From IMG/VR virus record IMGVR_UViG_3300034120_003123: 49,048 nt of DNA. One strand, given 5' to 3'. The notes below the pieces were generated by a model that ran no database searches, was not told where the DNA came from, and saw only the letters and a list, made by a program, of their open reading frames with translations. Origin of the DNA: an uncultured virus (IMG/VR IMGVR_UViG_3300034120_003123) (Duplodnaviria > Heunggongvirae > Uroviricota > Caudoviricetes). The translations under genes and the position numbers were made by a program. Shown in pieces: positions 19,845-30,300 of this stretch (the first letter of the stretch is position 1; each line of letters begins with the position of its first letter).

Positions 19845-21350
19845 TTAAATCGTTATTTCTACCAAATTGACATTTTGATCTTTGTATATAAATACTTTTT
19901 CGGAACTATTTGTTAATATAAAAACAGAATTAAATTGACCTTTTGAAAAACCTAAAATTCCAATTTGAACATCGAATATAAATTGCAGTGAATCATTAAA
20001 TAGCCTATATATTTCACCATTTATACAACCTACCAGTACACCTCCATCTCCCGAATCTGCAATTGCCACTATTTCAGTATCTGGTGTTAAAAGAGAAGCA
20101 ACAGGCACTATGCCATTTGCCTCTATAGAAACAAGATCTAATAGTCTATTTCCATTAAATCTACTTCCGTACAATTTTCCGCCAATATAAGCTAGAGATG
20201 ATATAAGACCACTAAACGAACTTATGGGCGTAATAAGCCCGTCAGATATTTTTAAAACTTGAGTAAAATTACCATCATATATACATATATATAGTGAATC
20301 TTCCGTTTTAGACCAAGAAGTGATCTTAAATCCATTTCTGTTATAAAATTTTCTAAATTTATTTCCGATCTTAATTAAACTTGCATCTTCTTGATTAGCT
20401 CTATTTCCGGCAATGTCTTGAACAAGACCTGTGATTACAAATCTGGCATCTTTATCAGAAAGTTGTAAGAAATTATTTTTTTGATAAAAACGAGGTTCAC
20501 TTTGAGAATTTTCCGTAGTAGAACCATCAGCATTTCTTTCATTTTCTATGAGCTTAAAGCCATGTATGCCAGACATGTCGTCATAAGCGAATAGTTCAAT
20601 GCCGACAGTTCTATCTCTTATATATCCATTGTTAGAACTTATTTTTAAAGCTACATCTGGGCCGTCAGTGTCAATAATTACGTATCCTTGATTCTCTACT
20701 GTGAAAGGTCCTATTGAAGACTGAGGGCCCTTTCTACCAAAATCATCGCTATAAAAACCGTATATAAAATAGTCTTGACCAGGATTCAACTGAGAAGTAT
20801 TCCATATAATTTGAGAGGTAGAGCCAGAAACCCTTTCCACTATTGGAGCATAAGATATATCATTTGACTGGCTAGAATAATATAGATTTATTCTGTACCT
20901 ATTCAGCTTGTAAGTATCTTCAGATATGATAGAATTTTGCAACTGTATATTTATTTGAGAACCATATGTTTTACCAGAAATAGGGTTAGATATTGATATC
21001 TTAGGCAATGGTTTTGACAATATTGACAATATTCCGCTTGATGAATAATCAGAAAACTGACCACTTTGATTAATACTTCTTACCCCAATAAATATATCTG
21101 AACCAAATAAATACTCTGGTATTACCCAATTGTATTTATTAACAGAAGATGGCACTCTAGATATTCTTTTCCATTCTTGTGAAGAATAAGAAATAACATT
21201 TCCTATCCTATAATAAATTTCATAAAAATAAACTGGATCAAACTGACCAAATGTAACATTTGGAGATTTCCATTTAATTTCTATTATTTTTGTAGAAATT
21301 TTTTCAGCACCAAGCGGATATTCTATAACCGGTATGCCAGGAAGTGCCAT
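19845..21350 (-). CDS. FN3/Ig-like plus C-terminal beta-propeller protein (501 aa), probable tail-associated
   Basis: FN3-like IKWKSP...YEIYY...GVRSINQSGQFSDYS; Ig-like DTDGPD...AYDDMSGI...VQDIAGN; propeller-like ISSLAYIGGKLYG, VLVGCINGEIYRL. TAATG coupling. Confidence 0.7.
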   Translation of the reverse strand: MALPGIPVIEYPLGAEKISTKIIEIKWKSPNVTFGQFDPVYFYEIYYRIGNVISYSSQEWKRISRVPSSVNKYNWVIPEYLFGSDIFIGVRSINQSGQFSDYSSSGILSILSKPLPKISISNPISGKTYGSQINIQLQNSIISEDTYKLNRYRINLYYSSQSNDISYAPIVERVSGSTSQIIWNTSQLNPGQDYFIYGFYSDDFGRKGPQSSIGPFTVENQGYVIIDTDGPDVALKISSNNGYIRDRTVGIELFAYDDMSGIHGFKLIENERNADGSTTENSQSEPRFYQKNNFLQLSDKDARFVITGLVQDIAGNRANQEDASLIKIGNKFRKFYNRNGFKITSWSKTEDSLYICIYDGNFTQVLKISDGLITPISSFSGLISSLAYIGGKLYGSRFNGNRLLDLVSIEANGIVPVASLLTPDTEIVAIADSGDGGVLVGCINGEIYRLFNDSLQFIFDVQIGILGFSKGQFNSVFILTNSSEKVFIYKDQNVNLVEITI

Positions 21351-24300
21351 TAGAATAATCTCCTAGTTCCAAAAGCGTTTCTCTTATCATTGTTAATATA
21401 TTTTTCTATAAAAGCATTGTTGTTAATAGGCTCTGCGTAAGAAAGATCCAAATTTGGGTCACTAAGTAGTCTTAATGTATTGACAAACGACTTCACAAAA
21501 GGGTTAAGACATTCTGAAGGGACATCTATAAATATGAAGCCCAATCCGTCCTTATCTGTCACTCCATTATTTTTATTTATTTTAAATATTGCAAAATACA
21601 CACCATCGCTATTTGCGACAGCAGATAAAGAAGATTCGTGGACTCTACTTCCTTGCTGGTACAAATAAGCTTTCATCATTCCTGAGTCTTTGCGTCTTGA
21701 GGAATATGAAGAAATTTGGTTGAGCGCATTAAGTCTTGCTATTCTTTGTGGGTCTTCAAAAGTAACTTGAACATATAAATCTACTTCTGTAGATTCATCT
21801 AAATTAATTGAACGCAAATCTTCTAATGACAATGTTACTGCAGTTTGATTATTTTCTGATGCCTTATACCATGTTTTCCTATTCACTACTGGAACACCTT
21901 TATAACGAATAGGCTTAAACAACTTGTCAGTTTCACCAGACTCTGCATAATAAACTTCTACTATATACGATATAGACGCGTACTCTGCAATGATGTCTAA
22001 ACAAAATTGTTGAGTTTTTCCGAATTGAGTCAAAACTTCTATGCAAACTCGCTTTACGCCATCTCCTTTACTCAAAACCCATGGAGCAACAAATATATCA
22101 TTAGCTATCCACTTTCCTTTAAATGCATCTCTGAACTTAGCGACATCTTCACTTATTATCTTGCCCATACTGTCAAGTGGCTGAATGGGGAGTCCTATAG
22201 GTATCCAATCTGTAAATTCAGACTCGGATTCATTCTTAATTCTAAATGCCATAGCACCTGGTATCCCAATAATTTCCAAATCCACAAAACAATCATTTAC
22301 GACTGGGGCAGGACTAGATGCAGCAATAGTTCTGTAAGACTTTACAAAACGCTCAGATACTCTTGCTTGCATAAACTCTCCGCCATCAAAGGCAGTAGCA
22401 TAACTTGATATGTCAGTCAGTGTGAATGAACATGCTTTAGTAACAGCAGATTCTTCTACAATAGTTGGTGTAATTTTTTGACCTACACTAAAATATCTTT
22501 TAATTATTTTGTTGTAACCAATATTTGCAAATAAAGAAAAATTACCAAAATGATCTGCAACAATTGCAGGCATTCTGTGGTCAGTGATGGCGGTATCTGA
22601 AGAACTAGATGTGTTAATCAGCAACCTATCTACACCTCCATGATATGAAGATTCTATCACATCTTTATTTAAATCAAAAAATCCACAATAAATATCTGAC
22701 TTTTGTATATTGCGGTTTATAACTCCATAAGTGCTTTCAGAATTTCTGCTATCCTCCCACACTATGGCAAATAAACCATCTTTCCCGCCATAAATATAAG
22801 GGTGACCGATGTAGTATGGAGAAAGTGCAATTCTAGTATTTTTAGATCCGTTCAATGGACTTCTCCAATCAAAAGAATCTTCTTTATAAGCCAATTCATT
22901 TTGACATTGACACAATATTGACCCTCTTGATATTTCAGAATAATTTCCATCAACAATAGCCTCTAATATTACATAATACTTCACTCCACATATAAGAGAG
23001 GATCTCGATAAATTATAATAATTGCCATACCCGGCAATTCTTGTTTGCTCATTTACCGAACTTCTATCTACTGGCACTTGGAAATTTTCTACATCTATAA
23101 TAGGTGGTGTAAAATTAACAGATACACTTGCATTAGGAGCTGCACCAATACCTGCAGATGGGTATACGTCATTACCACTTGACCACATTCTTGGATCAGA
23201 CGACGAACTAAAAACAAGCAATGAATCTTTATAATCGGCATCAGCAAACACAGAAACTTTAAAGTGGACATTTTTAACTTCTGTTGACTGATTAGTATAA
23301 GACATGTTTATCTTGCATGAATTAAATATTGGTTGTGCGCAAAAATAAGTTGTTGATATTTGACCAACAGCACTTCCACTATTAGAAACTACTATTCTTA
23401 AACTACCAAAAGGCCTCTCGCTTGCTCCCAAAGCAGAAGCAAGAGGGCTAACAGTTCCGAATGCGTCTGCATCCGACAATACTAACGATCCAGAATCTGA
23501 AACCAAAGAAGCGGGAAGTTCTTTTGCTGAAACTATTACGTCGCTCACAATTGTTTCAACATTTGCAATAACAGCACCTGGCTTTTTAGATGAACTAGAT
23601 CCTGGGACAGAAGGCCAAGACGCTCTGCGTGGCTGCCTAAATCTTACTGTTAAAGATTTTCTGTCCTCACTAAGTTTTATATATTCTCCTTGATAAAATT
23701 GAAAGTTTGATACTATATTTTTTCTCTGCACATTAATTGGTCTTGACGAATCATTAAAATATATATCCGTAGATTTCAAGTTACTTGAATCTATAATTAC
23801 TGCAACGATGGGAGAGCTAAAAGTAAGAGTTCCTTCTACTACGTTATTGCTCGTCAATCCATCATCTCCAAGAACAAGCAAAAAGCTTTTTACGTACTCT
23901 CCTGCACTAAAACCAGGCAAACTGGAAACTCCAGTTGGAAAGATAAAATTAACGTCTTTAGCAGAGCCAATTGATTCAAAGTACGACGATCTTTGCTCAG
24001 ATAAAGCAATAGGAGAATTTCCTGAAAATTCGTCAAAAATTAAAAATTCATTCAAAAAATCTATTGGGGGAGGCGATTTAATTTCTATGGGATATGGCCT
24101 TGAAGGAGCATCCCACCAACCGATTCCTCTACCATCAGTTATACTATTTGCTTTATAAGTAATAAATATTTCTTCTTGCTCATTTTCTATACTGTAGTCT
24201 ATTTCAACTTTTAAAACTTTGTTAAAAACATCATCATTTGCATCTGGAACATAAGATAATACAACAGTTTCTCCCTGAGCTATTACCTGTCCATTATACG

Positions 24301-27300
24301 GTATATTTAGACCGTTAATAAACCATTTGCCAGACTCTGATCTTGAAGACGCCATTTTATAAATAATGTTATCATTATTATAATCTTTAAATTTAACTGT
24401 AAAAAAATAATTTCCAAATTCTGGTGCTGTAAATGAAACCTCAACCTTACAAGACATTAAAGATTTTTCAACGTTATATGGATCGTATGGATCTATATCT
24501 ACACCCAGAGAACGACTTGAAACTACTATTTTGTCAACATCACATTCTGAGACATAGTCAGGATGCAGTATGTGAGACGCACATTCTATTAAATGATTGT
24601 CATCTTTTACAGATTCCCAAACAACAACACGCTTACCAGAGGAGTCAGTAGATATAGATGGATTAATCCCAGAATAAGACCTGTCTGAAAGATAAACTTT
24701 ATCTGTGCAGAAACGATTTAGCCAAATATTGGAAGTTAAGGATATGCCCCAAGGACCTCTTCCATTATCTTCCCAAACAACACTGAATTTATCAAATTTA
24801 TCTACTATGCAAAACGGAGATTTTTGTAAATCATTATTTTTCCAAACCAAAGGGACACCACTTAAAGATGTAAGATATGGCAATCCATATGATGCCAAAA
24901 ATTCATTATTAGAAGTCATTCCGTATAGTCTAAAATTATCTACATCTACGTCTTCTTCTACTAAATTAGCAATTGGATAAATGTCAATATTACTAACAAA
25001 AACGCCTCCTGATATAAAATCTATATCTGTTTTATAAATTGAAGAAACGTTTGATGGTGCATCTGCAATTGAAGGGTCAGAAGGGGTGTAGGAAATGCCA
25101 TAAGAATATATTTTACCGTCTACGCCCAAGCAAAGTGCGTTTTTTATACCACGCTTTACAGCCACACAAGGCACTGTAGGCACTGCATGCGAACCCTCTC
25201 TGCCTGTAGGAGTAAATGCAGTAGAATATGGCCCCCATGCAACAATATTTCCATCTACATCAATACCAACATTAAATGGATTAGTAGAAGTCAATACAGA
25301 AGCACCTGGAGAACTTGAAGAATAAGTATCCAAATTATACACATCACCTCCACATGCAGCAATATCAATAAACTTAGTTTGAGGATCGGTAATTCTTACA
25401 GAAACACTATACATTGACCCAACGTTTTTTCCCCAAGATACCGGATACCCATCAAAGCCAATTGCAACTGCATGGTCGGCGCTAGTATCAATTTTGACAA
25501 ACTTACCTGATGGTTTATTAGAAATTTGTCCGTGGTTGTCACGTCCCCAAACAGAAATTTCTCCATTTTCTTTAAGACCAACTGTAAAGTACTTGCCTGC
25601 TTTAACTTGTACAAATTTTGTGTTGGCAGGCTGGCCGCTAACTTGACCATAAGTATCATCTCCCCAGCAAGTAACGCTACCATCTTTCTTAATTGCGCAT
25701 CCATGAGTCCATCCAACTGAGACATTAACATAATTATTGTCTGATGGCAAATTTGATTGATACATAAACGATGGAATGTCCGTTTCTGAACCATCTGAAG
25801 TAAACGTTGTCAAATATCCATCATGAGTTACAGCAATTGCAGAATCATTTTGATTTGTAGATGTATCAAAATGCAAAGAAGAATCTACAGCAATAACCTG
25901 TAAAGGATCGTCTGGATTTAACACAATATCTTCTGAACTAACATTTCCAGATAAATTATAGCCTCTATACAAATTAAGTGTTCCATCTTGATTAATATAA
26001 AATATTGAATCTCCATATGTAGAGCCATTAGTATGGTTAAGTGGCCCAGTAAACCCAGATATCCAACTTGTACTATTATAACTAATATAAAAATGAGAAA
26101 AACAAGAGCTAAGACTATCGGAAACATTTCTTATATTAATGTCAAAGTTTGAGCTATTAGGAATAAACTCTGATCTAAAAGTTTTATAATTTAAAGAAGA
26201 TAAACTATTGTTAAAACTTCCAGAAATAACATCATGCCTATGAGTGAAAACTTCAGAATCACATTGAACAAATAAAGACTTTGTGATTTTTGGAAGATTT
26301 TCTGGGACTTGCCTTACACCCGTTGTCATATATATTTTATGGCTATCATTTGGGTATAAAGTACCTGCTGTTTGAGAAACCCCACCACCTTGCCCAGTAG
26401 AAACACGGCCTCTTCTTGTTTTTATTTGAGGATAAAGTCTATAAGATAAATTTACAATATTTTGTGAATACACCACAGATGATTCTAGCAATACAGACTT
26501 AAATCCATTTGCAGATTTAGCATATGTGCCAACATATACGCATCCTCCATTTTCTGCAGACCATTGATCTATTAAAAGACTACTATCTTCTAAACATACC
26601 CAGTCTCCTGGATCAATAAGAGATTCTGAAAAAATTTCATTTTTTGTACTTGAGTCAGAGTTAGGTACTGGCTTAGATATTGCAGGTAAAGAATAAACAT
26701 AAGAAGATATTTCAGAAATTGAATTATTAATAGAAACCTTTGGATTTCCTATTCTTATATGATCATAGTTTAATTCCCATTTGGTAGATGATATAAAATC
26801 TAGGAAACTAGAGTCTCCGTTCCTACAAACAGGGTAAAGACCGAAAGGTGTTCCAAAACAAACTTCCCATTGTCTATTTTTATCACTTAAATCTATCTGA
26901 GCATTATGAGAAATAACAGGCTTATTGTTTATAAAAACATTGCACATTAAATGATAGTTTAATTTATATTCTGAGGATTGGTAAAATGCTTCACTTGAGA
27001 CATGAGACCATTTATTGATTAAATCTTTATCATTTTTCCCTAATCTTAAATAGCTCACATCTAACTGTAAAGCAAAATTATTTGATATATCTATATTGGC
27101 ATAGTCAGAAATTGCAAATACAGTTCCTTTTGCAAAGGAAGTATTTTTACCAGCAGAAGATGCGCCATTTATAATAATACAAACTTTTGCGACACCAGTA
27201 TATATATCTGATATTATTGCTTCTCTGTATCCAGAAACAGAACCACGCCTAGAAGAATATTCGTCAAGTGTTTCATTGTTTTTAGCAATAAAAGACACTC

Positions 27301-30300
27301 TCTCAGGTATTATCCCAACATAACAGTGCCCAATATGGCTATTGCTTCCATCAATATTAAACTGATCGACTAATTCGTATGTGCCTATAGAAACGATGTC
27401 AGAACAAGAAAAAGTATCTACATCCTCTATAGAAGACTGTATAGTAGACAGATTAGTAAAATTAGCAGATACTGCATTGGGATTAATATTTAAGTCATCA
27501 AATCTTAAAGTTCCAAGCATAGGAATAAGACTATCATATCTTTTGTCTGTTTTAGCAATAGAGAATCTATTGCCATCAAATGAATAAGAAGAGTCGTTTT
27601 GTTTAACAAATTGATCAACGAACTTCACAAATAATGAATCAACCTCTTTCGCGTCTTTAATAATAAATGGATTTGAGAAATCTTGAGAAGCAACTACTAC
27701 GCGCACAGTAAAATCTACAAAAGAATTAGACGGAATTTGAAATACTAATTTATTGCGCGCACTATTTACAACTACCTTTACTGCACCGTCTTCCATCAAA
27801 TTTGCTCTATTAGCAGATCCTTTTCCAAGTGTTGTGTCTGTATTCTCTAAATCATTTCTACTAATATAAAAAGCCAAAATTTCTTTACCAAAAGCTATTT
27901 CTTTAGTCAAGTTAATGTCCGATGATTGCAAGTAAAAAGATAAGGTAAAAGATGTTACATGATCGTTATTTGTAAATCCATTAAAATAACGATTAGATTG
28001 GTTTTCAAAGGAAACTATCAAATTATTATTTGTGTCTCTATAATTTGAAGCGAATTGTTTGCCTTGTGAAAAACCAGGTTCTCCAGAAAATTCTTTTAAC
28101 CATATAATCGAATCATTAAAAACATTAAATGGATTTGATAGTCTTTCAATCAATGAAAGATAATTATCAAAAATAGCTTCAGATGCATTCCCAATTGGTT
28201 CTACATATTCATTTTCAGGAGGACCTATACTACAATCAGCGTGAATCGATAAATTTATTTCTTTTTCTTGACCATCAAAAGAAACTCCAGCTTCGTTTTC
28301 ATATACGGATAATGCGGCAACTGCACAATCATACTTAGGAGAAGCCTCTATGCACACTTGAGAATTTTCAACAATACTTATTTTACCGTTGTTAGAAAAA
28401 ATTCTATTCCAATTTGACTGGTCAACAGAACTTTGAGATTTAACTCCTTCAACTAAAACTCTTAATTGCATAGGGCCAATATTTAAAGCGTCTTTATAAT
28501 TAATAGAAAAAATTAAAGTTTTTCCATCACCAGAAATTTCTACAGATCCAGATACGATATTTAAATTTTCAATAAAGCTTGGAGATTGATCACCAGAGAC
28601 AACAGGATATATTATTTCATCAGAAGCAAAAACTTTATTTGACCTTGTCATCTGACTAGGACCTAAAAATACTCTTAATATTTTACCATTAAATCTTGCA
28701 GAAAAATTATTTGTTACAGTTTCTCCAGATCCAGTGCCATTTTGCTGAAAATGCACAATATAACTTGTGCAATAAGTCCCATTATTAAATATAGGTGGAA
28801 TACCATCAGCCCATCGAATAGAGCCAAATTTATTAAAAGATAAAGGAACTAGGATGAGCTGATTAAATTGATCTTCATCTAATCGAATATTGCCAGTAAA
28901 CTCCCTAATAATTTTAAATGAGCCACCACCAATTTCTGCTCCAGATCTTAAGCTTCTTAATTGTAATTCTGGTAACAAATTAATATTTACAGATTCTGAT
29001 TCTACAAAGTTTAAACTGTCACCAAGTGGACTGACATTGAATATTTTTGACACCAATTCATCTGATAACTGCTTGGATATCAAACCGGATAAGGCAAGCC
29101 TATTAATCAACTTGGCCGAAGGACCGATGCAACCGTACTGAATACTTGTATAGCCAAGTCTATCAGTTTCCCACGCTAGATGAATATTCCCTTCGGAATC
29201 AGAAGCTGCACTAGGATTTCTGTTTTCCCCATTATTTGTTAGTTGAATCCATGAAGAGTCTGTGAGGCCAGGAAAATATCCAAATATTTGCCATTTTCCG
29301 CTCACTAAGCCCTGGCAAAATACATGCCCATTAGAGGTAATGCATGGGTGAGAAGACGGTACAACTTCATTAAATTCATTTTTTAAAAATGGTAACGCAG
29401 TTATTGCTGTAGAATCTGACTCTTGAATAAGTCCGTCTTTGCTAATGAAAGCTACATGTACGCAATATGTGTCTTCTGCAACAATAAATGAACCAAGTCC
29501 TCTTCTTTCTTTACTGACACGTGGGCAAGTATCTAAAGTTATAACTCCACTCTGAGAAGTCTTATTAACAGAAACGACAAGACCTTTAAATTGACCGTCC
29601 AAAAAGACCATATGAGTTCCGCCAGAATTTAAAACATTTAAAATGTCATCATAATCTGATGGATTAGTTATTTCAAAATCAAATGTATATTTAGAATCTC
29701 TTATAACCAAAATCTTATCATTCTTTTTATAGTCTCCAGTGTTTGGATCAATAAAGTTTACCTGACCAGCAAAGATAATAAATTTTGTATTTGAGGTAAA
29801 ATCTATTCTCTTTAAATTTGGATATTGACGTACAGAAATATCAGCATCAACTATATTAGAGTCTGAAGATATCTCTGACGACAAAGCCTCTACAAAAGCC
29901 TCTATACTACCATGATTCGATTCACTATATTCTAGCGACTTTGATATCCTAGAACCATTAGACAAATCAAAAACTATGTTTACTACATCTCCGTCTTGCA
30001 ATTCAATATCGTCTTCCCCCTGCTTCCCAATAAGTACACTGTGAAAATAAGCGGGAGGAGCTTTTATTACTCCACGAGCAAGACTATGAACTTTTATCTT
30101 ATTTGAACCAGTAGTACATCCTAAAAATATTCTTGGTATTTTTTTTATTTCTTGTGAAGCAAAAGAGCATGGGTCTATCGGATTGTTTATATCAGATGCA
30201 TTTTCATCACAAGAACTATAAACAAAGCCTATGTTTCTATGAATAAAAACAGAATTAGGCAACTGTGATTCACCAGAAGAATACAGACTATCTATTCTGC

